Of a stretch of 28,035 nt of DNA, positions 1-8,730 are shown one piece after another. The notes beneath the pieces are model-generated. The model had not been told where the DNA came from and did not search any database. It was given only the letters and a program-made list of their open reading frames with translations. How positions within the stretch are numbered: position 1 is the stretch's first letter; every line of letters starts with the position of its first letter. This stretch comes from a virus. Taxonomy: Duplodnaviria > Caudoviricetes. The translations under genes and the position numbers were made by a program. The stretch covers positions 1 to 28,035 of the IMG/VR virus record IMGVR_UViG_3300043414_000322, one strand, 5' to 3'.

Positions 1-2
1 AA

Positions 3-299
3 CGTAAGACTCAAGCGGACAAACAACGCGCTCAAGATGTTCAGGCCAAAATTGCATCTGACTCTGCCAACAAAGACAAAGAAATGCATACACGCATTGC
101 TATTGAAAACGCTAAAATTACTGGCCGAGCAATTCAAGAAGATCAAGCGCAGCAAAACGCAATGCAAATGCACGGCATGGAGCAAGATAACGACATGCAA
201 AAGCATGCTATGGAGCAGGATACAAGCCTGCAACAAGCGGCTATGCAAACACCGACGGAAACGTCACAACCCCAAGGAGAACTAAATGGCAACGTCTGA
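3..299 (+). CDS. 3' end of a large gene, probably the portal protein (partial)
   Basis: Frame is open from the window edge (RKTQADKQRAQDVQAK...QPQGELNGNV*). Q/M/A-rich helical tail as in podovirus portal C-termini; lies just upstream of scaffold and capsid genes. Identity is inferred from position only. Confidence 0.5.
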   Translation, partial: RKTQADKQRAQDVQAKIASDSANKDKEMHTRIAIENAKITGRAIQEDQAQQNAMQMHGMEQDNDMQKHAMEQDTSLQQAAMQTPTETSQPQGELNGNV

Positions 300-432
300 T
301 CAAGAGCAAAAAGGCATCAATGTCCCTCAGCACAAGCGTATGGCTATGGGCGAAAAGATTGATGGTCAAACCATGAAATCAAGTGGCAATAAAAAGCCAC
401 AAGGCGGATTGGCACAGGCAAAGAAAAAATGA
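286..432 (+). CDS. small basic hypothetical protein (48 aa)
   Basis: Not in the ORF track. AGGAG upstream of ATG 286; MATSDQEQKGINVPQHKRMAMGEK...QGGLAQAKKK*; its stop overlaps the next start (ATGA). Confidence 0.7.
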   Translation: MATSDQEQKGINVPQHKRMAMGEKIDGQTMKSSGNKKPQGGLAQAKKK

Positions 433-608
433 TTTCGGCATTAATTCATGAAATTAAGGTGCAACAAGCTGAAATAGGCACGTCGCTTGCTAATGGCAAT
501 GCTGCAACGTGGGAATCCTATCAACGCATGGTTGGTGAGGCTCAAGGACTGCAATACGTTCTTGACTCCATTAACCAAATGTTAGATGAAGAACGAAATC
601 AAGAATAA
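429..608 (+). CDS. small helical hypothetical protein (59 aa)
   Basis: Not in the ORF track. ATGA overlap with the previous gene; MISALIHEIKVQQAEIGTSLANGNAATWESYQRMVGEAQGLQYVLDSINQMLDEERNQE*. Confidence 0.75.
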   Translation: MISALIHEIKVQQAEIGTSLANGNAATWESYQRMVGEAQGLQYVLDSINQMLDEERNQE

Positions 609-681
609 GTCCCCCTAAAGGACTGAGGCCGCGCTGAAAAGCGCTTAAATGATGCACCTGAGATATGGTGTTTTTTAGGAG
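608..681 (+). promoter_or_regulatory. structured intergenic leader (three short hairpins) before the groES-like gene
   Basis: AGTCC/GGACT (608-624), GCGCT-GAAA-AGCGC (631-644), GCACC/GGTGT (654-671) running into a T tract, then AGGAG at 677-681. Confidence 0.45.
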
Positions 682-686
682 TTAGT

Positions 687-1142
687 ATGAGTGAGAAAGA
701 AAAGATCCCTACCATTGAGGGAAATGCGGGAGTGTCTGATCCAGTTGAACTGGCATGGGCATTTCCTAAAGTCACGCCAGGCCAAGCGCCGCTGGGCGGT
801 CGAGTGATTGTGCAGCTACGACGAATTAAAAAAACGTCAGGACGCATCATCATTGTTGACGAGACAAAAGAAAACGAAAAATGGAACAACATGATCGGAA
901 TGGTCGTGGCTATTGGGCCTTTAGCGTATAAAAACCGTGACACTATGGAATCTTGGCCAGAAGGAGCATGGGCTCAGGTCGGTGATTTTGTCCGCGTCCC
1001 TCGTTGGGGCGGTGACCGTTGGGAGCGCCATGTTCCTGATGAAGAATCTGTCAATGATCCAGTGTTATTCATGACGATTAATGACCATGAAGTAATTGCA
1101 AAAATTACGGATGATCCTTTGTCGTTCAAAGCATATGTTTAA
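687..1142 (+). CDS. groES: GroES/Cpn10-like co-chaperonin
   Basis: PLGGRVIVQ...KTSGRIII...GMVVAIGP...VGDFV...INDHEVIAKI follows the Cpn10 pattern (PLxDRVIV...GGIVL...GxVxAVG...VGDxV...DILA); good SD. Confidence 0.85.
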   Translation: MSEKEKIPTIEGNAGVSDPVELAWAFPKVTPGQAPLGGRVIVQLRRIKKTSGRIIIVDETKENEKWNNMIGMVVAIGPLAYKNRDTMESWPEGAWAQVGDFVRVPRWGGDRWERHVPDEESVNDPVLFMTINDHEVIAKITDDPLSFKAYV

Positions 1143-1153
1143 AAGGAAAAAAA

Positions 1154-2122
1154 ATGGCTACTGAACCAAAAGAAGACCTAGATTTGAACATTCAGGAAGA
1201 AAAAGACGGCTCTGCTGTTGTTGATTTGCCTGATGCAATGCTTGGTGATGATGAAAATTTACAAGTTGGTGATAAATCGCGCGATGGCGAGGTTGATGCT
1301 GAAGACTTAGACCATCCAAACGATAATCAAGAGCTTAGAGAGGCCAAACGTAACCGTCGTAAGGCCAAAAGACAGGCTATACGAGCTACAAACCACGAAA
1401 AAGACATTCGTTTGCAGCAATTACAGCGCGAAAACGAAGAGTTCAAGCGTAGATTGTCAAATGTAGAGCGTGAAACTAAAAATAGTCAAATTTCACGCAT
1501 AGACAAGAACATTGAGGACAGCCAAGTTCGTTTGGAATATGCCAAGATGAAGCTAAAAGAAGCTGCTGAGAACAGTGATGGCGATGGAATGGTTGAAGCA
1601 CAGACTCTTTGGCGTGAAGCTGAAGGACAATTAGCTCAATTACACAATATTAAAGAACGTGCATCACAAGAAACTAACGATGGTGGTTATCAAGACGCTC
1701 CTGATCCAAATATTCAACGCAAAGCCGCAGAATGGATAAGGAAAAACAATTGGTACAACCCAGACGGCAATGACAACGATAGTAGGGTTGCCAAAAAAGT
1801 AGATGAATTGTTAGTAACTGAAGGTTGGAATCCTACAGATCCAGATTATTGGGATGAGTTAGATAGCCGCTTGCAAAAATCTTTACCACATCGTTATAAT
1901 GGCACCACAAACGAAAGTTCTGTGGTTCGAAGACCGAGGAATGTAGTTGGTAGTTCAGGACGTGAAGCGTCGGCAGCATATGGCGGCAACAACCGATCTA
2001 GTTTTGTTCTTTCACCTGAAAGGGTAAAAGCAATGAAAGAGATTGGTGCTTGGGAAAACCCAGAGCGCAAACGCAAGATGATTGCCGAATTCGTAAAGTA
2101 CGACCGTTTAAATGCTAACTAA
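1154..2122 (+). CDS. probable capsid scaffolding protein
   Basis: Acidic N-terminus, long charged coiled-coil, short C-terminal helical domain; lies between portal and major capsid genes. Confidence 0.65.
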   Translation: MATEPKEDLDLNIQEEKDGSAVVDLPDAMLGDDENLQVGDKSRDGEVDAEDLDHPNDNQELREAKRNRRKAKRQAIRATNHEKDIRLQQLQRENEEFKRRLSNVERETKNSQISRIDKNIEDSQVRLEYAKMKLKEAAENSDGDGMVEAQTLWREAEGQLAQLHNIKERASQETNDGGYQDAPDPNIQRKAAEWIRKNNWYNPDGNDNDSRVAKKVDELLVTEGWNPTDPDYWDELDSRLQKSLPHRYNGTTNESSVVRRPRNVVGSSGREASAAYGGNNRSSFVLSPERVKAMKEIGAWENPERKRKMIAEFVKYDRLNAN

Positions 2123-2140
2123 CAAAACATGGAGTTTCAA

Positions 2141-2689
2141 ATGACAGAATCACGTTTAAAAAAATCTCTCAAAGCTGGTGGACGCGAAGATCGCGCAAGT
2201 GAGGACGCAAGTCGATCAGAACCAGAGAAAAAGTTCATTTCTACGCAAGAACGTCGCAAGATGTGGGACGAGGAATGGACGCAATCAGCATTGCCAAAAC
2301 TGCCCTATATTGACGGGTGGCATCCTTGCTGGCTTTCGACGACTAACAGTTACGATTCAATTGATAAGCGGATTCGCTTAGGCTACGTTCCAGTGAAAGC
2401 TGATGAGTTGCCAGGCTATGAAAATTATCGAGTGAAGGCAGGTGAATTTGTTGGTTATATTTCGTGCAATGAGATGTTGTTGTATAAGTTGCCGATGGAT
2501 ATCTATCAGGAATACATGATGGAGATGCATCACAACAGGCCAAAAGATGAAGCGGACAAAGTTCGTGTTCAGCTTGAAAGTCTGCAAGGACAACGAGACA
2601 GCAACGGCAAAAGGCTCGTTAATGTTGAAGGCGAAGGTATTGGCTCTATTGATCAGCAACCAAGCAAAGTCCCAGTATTTTCTGGGTAA
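2141..2689 (+). CDS. hypothetical head-module protein
   Basis: GGAG at 2131-2134 favours ATG 2141 over 2129; globular-looking core (GWHPCWLSTTN...RLGYVPV...EMLLYKLP). Confidence 0.7.
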   Translation: MTESRLKKSLKAGGREDRASEDASRSEPEKKFISTQERRKMWDEEWTQSALPKLPYIDGWHPCWLSTTNSYDSIDKRIRLGYVPVKADELPGYENYRVKAGEFVGYISCNEMLLYKLPMDIYQEYMMEMHHNRPKDEADKVRVQLESLQGQRDSNGKRLVNVEGEGIGSIDQQPSKVPVFSG

Positions 2690-2710
2690 TCTTTAATTAA
2701 GGAGTTTTTT

Positions 2711-3325
2711 ATGTCTAGTACATCTGCTCCGTTTGGCTTGCGCCCTGCGTTCCATCCTTCTGGTCAGGATCGTGCACAGGCGCTTGCTGGCGGTATTGTC
2801 TCTGGTTTTGCCACTGACATCTATAAAAATGCACCCATACGCTACAACAGCACTGCTGGCACTTCGGTTGCCGCAGGAACCATTACTAACGCCGCTGCTG
2901 GTAGCGTTTGGACTGGTGCTTTTTCTGGCGTTGAGTTCACTGACACAACTGGTCGTCGTCGCGTAAGTAACTTCTGGCCTGCCAGTACTACTTATCAGAC
3001 TGGATCATGCGTTGCATATTTCTACAACGATCCAAACATTGTTTATGAAATTCAAACTGATGCAACAATCGCACAAACCTCGTTGGGCGGTGAATATAAC
3101 TTTAGCGCAGGAACTGGTGTTACCGTAACTTCTGGCTCTTCCGCAACAGGCTTGTCTTCAACTTGTTTGGGTGTGTCTACAGCCGTTGCTAACGGTTCAC
3201 AGGGTGACATGCGCGTGGTTGATATTGCTCCCTATGTGGACAATAACTGGGGCGACAGCTTCGTTATTGTTCGTGTCATTAACTGCCGTTCACAATACTT
3301 CGGTAGCGTGACCGCCATCGTTTAA
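2711..3325 (+). CDS. probable capsid decoration/minor head protein
   Basis: 204 aa, small-residue and beta-rich, strong SD, directly upstream of the major capsid gene. Confidence 0.55.
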   Translation: MSSTSAPFGLRPAFHPSGQDRAQALAGGIVSGFATDIYKNAPIRYNSTAGTSVAAGTITNAAAGSVWTGAFSGVEFTDTTGRRRVSNFWPASTTYQTGSCVAYFYNDPNIVYEIQTDATIAQTSLGGEYNFSAGTGVTVTSGSSATGLSSTCLGVSTAVANGSQGDMRVVDIAPYVDNNWGDSFVIVRVINCRSQYFGSVTAIV

Positions 3326-3341
3326 TAAGGAGTAAATTACC

Positions 3342-4256
3342 ATGGCCGCACCAATGCGAAGTACGGACTTTAGATCAATCGTTGAGCCTATTCTTAACGA
3401 GTGTTTTGATGGAGTCTATGACCAACGAGCCGACGAGTGGAGCCGAGTGTTCCGCGAAGAAGACGGCATTCCCCGTAACTATCACGAAGAGCCAGTCCTT
3501 TATGGATTTGGTGCCGCTCCACAATTGCCTGATGGGACACCAGTGACCTATCAGCAAGGTGGCGTACTCTTTCTGAAGCGCTATGTGTACAAAGTGTATG
3601 GCCTTGCCTTCGCTTTGACCAAAGTGCTTGTTGAAGATGGCGACCATATCCGTATTGGCCAAGTTTATGCCCGTCACTTGGCACAATCTTTGGTTGAGAC
3701 TAAAGAATTGTTGTCAGCTAACGTGTTGAACGTCGCTTTTAACTCTTCATACCCAGGCGGAGACGGCGTGGCCTTGAACAGCACTGCTCACCCAATTGTG
3801 AATGGTACTTTTAGCAACCTGTTGGCTACCGCCGCTGTGTTGTCACAGACCTCACTTGAGCAAATGTTGATTCAGATTCGTCAAGCTGTTGACAACAACG
3901 GCAAGAAAATCCGTTTGGTTCCACGTCAATTAATTGTGGCCCCAGGCAACATCTTCCAAGCTGAAGTGTTGTTGAAATCTGTTCTCCGTACAGGCAACGC
4001 AAACAACGACATCAACCCCGTCAAGTCTATTGGCTTGTTGGATGAAGGTGCAGTAGTTCTGTCACGTTTGACTTCATCTACCGCATGGTGGGTGCAGACT
4101 GACGCACCAGAAGGCTTCAAGTTGTTAATGCGTCGTCGTCTTGAGAAAACCATGGAAGGTGATTTTGAAACCGACTCCATGCGTTACAAGGCTACTGAGC
4201 GTTACGATGTGGGTTTCACTGACCCACGCGCAGCCTACGGTACGCCTGGCGCGTAA
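3342..4256 (+). CDS. major capsid protein (HK97 fold, Mu gpT-like)
   Basis: 304 aa; DGVALNSTAHP, LVPRQLIVAP and C-terminal GDFETDSMRYKATERYDVGFTDPRAAYG resemble gpT-type capsid proteins; strong SD and a terminator directly downstream. Confidence 0.85.
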   Translation: MAAPMRSTDFRSIVEPILNECFDGVYDQRADEWSRVFREEDGIPRNYHEEPVLYGFGAAPQLPDGTPVTYQQGGVLFLKRYVYKVYGLAFALTKVLVEDGDHIRIGQVYARHLAQSLVETKELLSANVLNVAFNSSYPGGDGVALNSTAHPIVNGTFSNLLATAAVLSQTSLEQMLIQIRQAVDNNGKKIRLVPRQLIVAPGNIFQAEVLLKSVLRTGNANNDINPVKSIGLLDEGAVVLSRLTSSTAWWVQTDAPEGFKLLMRRRLEKTMEGDFETDSMRYKATERYDVGFTDPRAAYGTPGA

Positions 4257-4263
4257 GCCAAAC

Positions 4264-4295
4264 GGGGGTGCGATTTAATCGCACTCCTTTTTTTT
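4264..4295 (+). terminator. rho-independent terminator after the capsid gene
   Basis: GGGGTGCGAT/ATCGCACTCC stem (one G-U pair) followed by T8. Confidence 0.9.
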
Positions 4296-4329
4296 AATAT
4301 CTTGTCAAGCTTTTCAAGGAGAAGACAAA

Positions 4330-5307
4330 ATGCCACAATTTTCAGATGATTTATTTTTAGGTTCCGCCTACACCAGTCAAGGTTCGGACGCTTATCCTTC
4401 CGTTTCAACTTTTACTGGTTCAATTGCTACAACCACGCTGACCGTCACTGCCATGCTTTCGGGTGATCCAATTGCTGTGGGTATGTTTATTGACAGTTCA
4501 ACTTCACTCACCAATGGAACCTACATCACCGCTTTTGGTACGGGTTCAGGCGGTACAGGTACTTACACCGTAAGCGCCTCGCAAACCGTAGCAAGTGCCA
4601 CCATTGTTGGTTCTGGTAATGCTTTGTTGCAAAACCCGTCTACCATGAGCGTAGGAGTTGGCCCGTTGGGTCGTGTCTACATTTGGGACGTTGTTCCACA
4701 AGCAAAATTGACAACCAACATTGTTGCTGCTGTCATCACAACTGCTACCACGCTTACGCTTGCCGCAGGTGCTGGTGTCACATCCGTCACGCTTTCAAAC
4801 GGTGCAGCAGGTTTGCAACTTGATTGCCCTCGTGCTGTATCTACAACCACAGGTGCTGGCTCTCCAACAACTGTCAACATTACCGTTTCAGGCTATGACT
4901 ACTACGGTCAAGCCATGAGCGAGGTAATTGCAACAGGAACAGTGGCATCAACAACTGTTAGTGGTAAAAAAGCCTTCTACCAAATTTCCAGTGTTGTATC
5001 TTCTGGCGCAAGCGTGGTAACTGTTGCGGTAGGTACAACCGACATCTTGGGTGCGCCATTGCGCATTACTGATAGGGGCTACGTTACCCGCGCTGGCTGG
5101 GACAACACCTTGGCTGAAGATGCTGGAACTATGACTATTGCCGCGACGTTGACGGCTACCACAACCACAGGAGATGTGCGCGGAACTTATTTGCCCTCTT
5201 CAGCGGCAGACGGTATCAAACGTCTTGTGCTGGGAATAGCCCTGCCAGCAATTGCGGCAGGCCCTAATGCAACCCGTATTGGCGCTCTTGGCGTTACACA
5301 GGCATAA
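4330..5307 (+). CDS. Thr/Gly/Ala-rich virion structural protein with an inserted beta module
   Basis: 325 aa, AAGGAG SD, immediately after the capsid gene; segment 4408-4596 aligns with a segment of the 16846 gene. Confidence 0.65.
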   Translation: MPQFSDDLFLGSAYTSQGSDAYPSVSTFTGSIATTTLTVTAMLSGDPIAVGMFIDSSTSLTNGTYITAFGTGSGGTGTYTVSASQTVASATIVGSGNALLQNPSTMSVGVGPLGRVYIWDVVPQAKLTTNIVAAVITTATTLTLAAGAGVTSVTLSNGAAGLQLDCPRAVSTTTGAGSPTTVNITVSGYDYYGQAMSEVIATGTVASTTVSGKKAFYQISSVVSSGASVVTVAVGTTDILGAPLRITDRGYVTRAGWDNTLAEDAGTMTIAATLTATTTTGDVRGTYLPSSAADGIKRLVLGIALPAIAAGPNATRIGALGVTQA

Positions 5308-5317
5308 GGAGAAAAAA

Positions 5318-6448
5318 ATGGGACAATTTAAACCGATGGTCAAAATGATGACTACAGAGCCTTCAGTTATTCTGAAGCTCAAAAAAGGCGGCAAAGTAGG
5401 CGTAGAGATGCATGAAGAAAATGGTCACAAAGCTATGAATGCTGACGACCATGAAGATTCTGAGCACGGTTATGCTCCTAAGAAGCCCTCTATGGCAGAG
5501 CGTCGCAAGGCAATGAAGGTTGGAAAAGTTGCTCGTAAAGCGCCAGGCGGCATGATGCCAATGGGCGGTATGGAAGATCCATCTATGCCAGCACCAGACA
5601 TGCCAATGCCAATGCCAATGCCAATGCCAAAGGCAATGAGCCGTCCTAAAGTAAAGGCAATGAATCCAAAACAAAGCAAGGCTCGTCGTGCAATGTTGAT
5701 GAAAGCTATTGCTGGCATGAAAAAAGGTGGCGGCATGGATTCGCACATTATGAAGTTGGAAAAAGAACTCCATCACCATGAGTCTATGCCAATCTCTAAA
5801 GTTCATCTTAAAGCTGATGGTGGTGCAATTACATCATCAATGGCAAGAACTACCATCAAAGGTAATGCTGGCAAGTATTTAAACACTGACATGGAAACTG
5901 CCGAACACGGATCCAAGGCCAAAAAAGGCAGTGGTGAAGTCAAAATGGGCAACGGCGGTGGTTACAAGATGGGTGGTAATGTAGATTACGAAAACCGTCC
6001 TGCTAACACTACCAAAGCTGGTAAAACTAATACCACTACTGGTGAAGTCCGCTTTGGCAACGCAGGTGGCTACAAAATGGGGGGCAAATCCTCAAAAAAA
6101 GCCTACGCGACGGGGGGAACTGTTGATACAGGCAAACCCGTCGCGATGCCAAAAAAGCCAGCCTCGTCTCCTGTAAGTACTAATCGTGTTGCTGGTACTT
6201 TTAAACATGGCGGAAAAATTGATCATCATGCAAGTGGTGGATCGCAACGTGATGAATACGATCCCAATGACTATTATGTAGAAAGTGAAGATTCAGATGG
6301 TCGTATTAGCTCTCGCCCAAAACGCGCTGAGTCTCGTTACTCCGAAACTGCTGTAAACAAATCAATTGCAAGCTCCAATCGGTCTGGTCGAAAGATTGGC
6401 GGTAAAGAGGCAAAAGCAATCCACAATTTGTTAAGAGGTCGTCATTGA
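5318..6448 (+). CDS. Lys/Met/Gly-rich low-complexity protein with repeated xxGG motifs (376 aa)
   Basis: AAGGAG upstream of ATG 5318 (track start 5252 overlaps the previous gene); LKKGG, MKKGG, YKMGG x2, YATGG, FKHGG; terminator follows. Confidence 0.75.
   Translation: MGQFKPMVKMMTTEPSVILKLKKGGKVGVEMHEENGHKAMNADDHEDSEHGYAPKKPSMAERRKAMKVGKVARKAPGGMMPMGGMEDPSMPAPDMPMPMPMPMPKAMSRPKVKAMNPKQSKARRAMLMKAIAGMKKGGGMDSHIMKLEKELHHHESMPISKVHLKADGGAITSSMARTTIKGNAGKYLNTDMETAEHGSKAKKGSGEVKMGNGGGYKMGGNVDYENRPANTTKAGKTNTTTGEVRFGNAGGYKMGGKSSKKAYATGGTVDTGKPVAMPKKPASSPVSTNRVAGTFKHGGKIDHHASGGSQRDEYDPNDYYVESEDSDGRISSRPKRAESRYSETAVNKSIASSNRSGRKIGGKEAKAIHNLLRGRH
5600..5629 (+). repeat. (ATGCCA)x5 in-frame microsatellite encoding (Met-Pro)5
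   Basis: Five exact 6-nt tandem copies. Confidence 0.9.
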
Positions 6449-6456
6449 ACAAGTCA

Positions 6457-6479
6457 GGGGGGCTTCGGCCCCCGCTTTT
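6457..6479 (+). terminator. probable rho-independent terminator (cUUCGg hairpin)
   Basis: GGGGGC-TTCG-GCCCCC followed by GCTTTT. Confidence 0.8.
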
Positions 6480-6493
6480 AATTGGAGATAAAT

Positions 6494-6898
6494 ATGGCTG
6501 ATGCAGTTACGAGCCAAACGCTCATCGATGGTGAGCGCACGGTTATCATGAAATTTACAAACATCAGTGACGGCACTGGTGAGTCTGCGGTTTTGAAGGT
6601 AGATGTTTCTGCATTAATGGCAAGCGCAACAGGTGCTGCGTGTGATAGTGTCACAGTCACCAAAATCTACATTGCCAATCACGGCATGGAGGTCAGAATG
6701 TTTTGGGATGCTACAACGGATGTGCCGTTCTTTTTATCATCACCAGGCGCTACTCAAACGCTTGACATGAGCGCTTTTGGAGGTATTACCAACAATGGCG
6801 GAACTGGCGTAACGGGTGACATTGTATTTAGCACGGCTGACGCAACTTCTGGTGACACCTATTGGTGTATCTTGGAGATGGTTAAGGGGTATGCGTAA
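6494..6898 (+). CDS. hypothetical virion protein (beta-rich, 134 aa)
   Basis: GGAG SD before ATG 6494; stop overlaps the next start (TAATG). Confidence 0.7.
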   Translation: MADAVTSQTLIDGERTVIMKFTNISDGTGESAVLKVDVSALMASATGAACDSVTVTKIYIANHGMEVRMFWDATTDVPFFLSSPGATQTLDMSAFGGITNNGGTGVTGDIVFSTADATSGDTYWCILEMVKGYA

Positions 6899-7092
6899 TG
6901 TCAAACAAAAACATGAAAGAAGGTGGACTTTATGCCAACATTAATGCAAAACGTGATCGAATCGCTAAAGGATCTGGCGAAAAGATGCGCAAAGTTGGTA
7001 GCAAGGGTGCGCCAACGGCTGATGCTTTTAAGCAATCAGCCAAAACAGCCAAAATGAAATCTGGTGGTTCCGCCAAAAAATCTGGTTGGTAA
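6898..7092 (+). CDS. small basic protein, Trp-terminal array member 1
   Basis: GLYANINAKRDRIAKGSGEKMRK core flanked by MKEGG and MKSGGSAKKSGW*. Confidence 0.75.
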   Translation: MSNKNMKEGGLYANINAKRDRIAKGSGEKMRKVGSKGAPTADAFKQSAKTAKMKSGGSAKKSGW

Positions 7093-7094
7093 CC

Positions 7095-7346
7095 ATGGCA
7101 AAAAATACATCACTCTCTGTTGGTCGTGGTGAGAAGTTGTCCGTCAAACAAGGTGCTGGATTAACAGCTAAAGGTCGGGCAAAATACAACCGTGAAAATG
7201 GGAGCAATTTAAAGGCTCCACAGCCCCAAGGCGGCGCACGGAAGGATTCATTTTGCGCCAGAATGAGTGGTGTGGTGGAGCACTCAAAGGGTGACGCACC
7301 AAGAGCCAAGGCATCGTTGAAGCGCTGGAATTGTTCAGGCTGGTAA
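7095..7346 (+). CDS. small basic protein (resembles DUF6321, from recall), array member 2
   Basis: GLTAKGRAKYNRENGSNLKAPQPQGGARKDSFCARM...SLKRWNCSGW*. Confidence 0.7.
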   Translation: MAKNTSLSVGRGEKLSVKQGAGLTAKGRAKYNRENGSNLKAPQPQGGARKDSFCARMSGVVEHSKGDAPRAKASLKRWNCSGW

Positions 7347-7356
7347 AGGAAAGATA

Positions 7357-7746
7357 ATGATTATCAAATCAAGTCCCGCAGTAAAAAAAGGTGCTCAAGA
7401 TGCTATCAAGCGCATGCTTGAAGGAAAGTTTGACAAGCGAAAAACACGGGCAGACACCGATACTTTGATGGCAAGTCGTCGTAAAGAGCGTAATGCTCAA
7501 AGCATGCAAGCCGTAAAGAAAGATGCTGCTGATTTGCCAAACCTACAAAAGCGCTATAGTGAAATGGAAGCGACTTACAACAAGGGCAAGAATTATCAGT
7601 ACGCAGACAGCGAGCAAAACTTGTCGGACGAAGAGCGCACTTCTCGTGACATGGAAGGTGGCATGAGTCAATTGGCTCAAAGAATCCAAAATGTCAAAAA
7701 GAATAAGTACAAACACGGCGGCAAAGTCAAACATCCAAACTGGTAA
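7357..7746 (+). CDS. hypothetical charged helical protein, array member 3
   Basis: AAGGA SD; ends KYKHGGKVKHPNW*. Confidence 0.75.
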   Translation: MIIKSSPAVKKGAQDAIKRMLEGKFDKRKTRADTDTLMASRRKERNAQSMQAVKKDAADLPNLQKRYSEMEATYNKGKNYQYADSEQNLSDEERTSRDMEGGMSQLAQRIQNVKKNKYKHGGKVKHPNW

Positions 7747-7785
7747 GTTAGAAATTTTCAATTTAAATCTATCAAGGAATAAATT

Positions 7786-8469
7786 ATGTTCAACAACCTA
7801 AGAAAAACCATCAGCAAGGGATTGGCTGGCTTCGACAGAGCAAACGCAATAGCCCAACAAAAAGCCGCTGCTGCTGAAAAAGCCGCTGCCGCACGAGCAC
7901 AGCAACAAGCCGCTGCGCAAGCACAAGCGCAACAACGAGCTCAGCAACAAGCAAGAGAGGCGCAAGCACAGCAACAACGAGCTCAGCAACAAGCAAGAGA
8001 GGCGCAAGCACGAGCACAGCAACAAGCCGACGCAAAAGCCGCTGCGCAAGCACAAGCACAAGCACGAGCACAGCAACAAGCCACCGCAAAAGCCGCCTTA
8101 CAAGCAAGAGCTGACGCACGAGCAAAAGTACAACCTAGAGTAATTTCAAACCCATATAGCTCGGCACCCCCTCGTCCTACACCCCCTACATCCGCTCGTC
8201 CTACACCCCCCGCACCTCCTCTTCGGTCTGAACCCCTTCGTCCTACACCCCTAAGCAAAGACGATGGGTTTTACGAATCGCCCGAATACGACGCGTTTCG
8301 AAAAAGCACGGAAGGCAGTGATCAATCCGCTGTGCAAAAATTTAAAAAAGGCGGTCAAGTTAAAGTTGCCCAAGACACTAAAAAGAAGTACACAAGTGGT
8401 GGAAAAATTAACTTGAATGAATGCCGTGTTTCTTCAGCACAAAAAAACAAGAAAAATTCAAATTGGTAA
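7786..8469 (+). CDS. Ala/Gln- and Pro-rich low-complexity protein, array member 4
   Basis: AAGGA SD; AQ repeats, RPTP repeats, ends FKKGG...YTSGGKINLNECRVSSAQKNKKNSNW*. Confidence 0.75.
   Translation: MFNNLRKTISKGLAGFDRANAIAQQKAAAAEKAAAARAQQQAAAQAQAQQRAQQQAREAQAQQQRAQQQAREAQARAQQQADAKAAAQAQAQARAQQQATAKAALQARADARAKVQPRVISNPYSSAPPRPTPPTSARPTPPAPPLRSEPLRPTPLSKDDGFYESPEYDAFRKSTEGSDQSAVQKFKKGGQVKVAQDTKKKYTSGGKINLNECRVSSAQKNKKNSNW
7929..8011 (+). repeat. 42-nt-period tandem duplication in the AQ-rich region
   Basis: gcaacaacgagctcagcaacaagcaagagaggcgcaagcac at 7929 and 7971. Confidence 0.85.
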
Positions 8470-8477
8470 AAAAAATC

Positions 8478-8720
8478 ATGGCCATAGAATCATTAGGAAA
8501 GTTAATGCTTGGGTCGGATCCATCTGCATCAGCGTCGCCCACAACAGTATTAAATCCAACTGTAATTGGCGATAGTGCTGGTGGAGGTGTATCTGCGCAA
8601 GATGATGTAGGTCAAATCGAAAACAAAGCAAACATAGAGATGAAAAAAGGCGGACACATTAATCTCAACAATTGCAAAGTAACAACCCATCAAAAGCACA
8701 AAGGTGCAAAGAATTGGTAA
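8478..8720 (+). CDS. small hypothetical protein, array member 5
   Basis: ATG 8478 follows the previous stop; ends MKKGGHINLNNCKVTTHQKHKGAKNW*. Confidence 0.7.
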   Translation: MAIESLGKLMLGSDPSASASPTTVLNPTVIGDSAGGGVSAQDDVGQIENKANIEMKKGGHINLNNCKVTTHQKHKGAKNW

Positions 8721-8730
8721 AGGAGAAAAC

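Noticed and set aside
621-645. CTGAGG...GAAA resembling a hammerhead ribozyme core
   Set aside because: CUGAnGA is not matched, the GAAA is a hairpin loop rather than a junction strand, and no three-stem junction can be built.
7747-7785. AT-rich gap as an internal promoter
   Set aside because: No convincing -35/-10 pair; only an SD is supportable.
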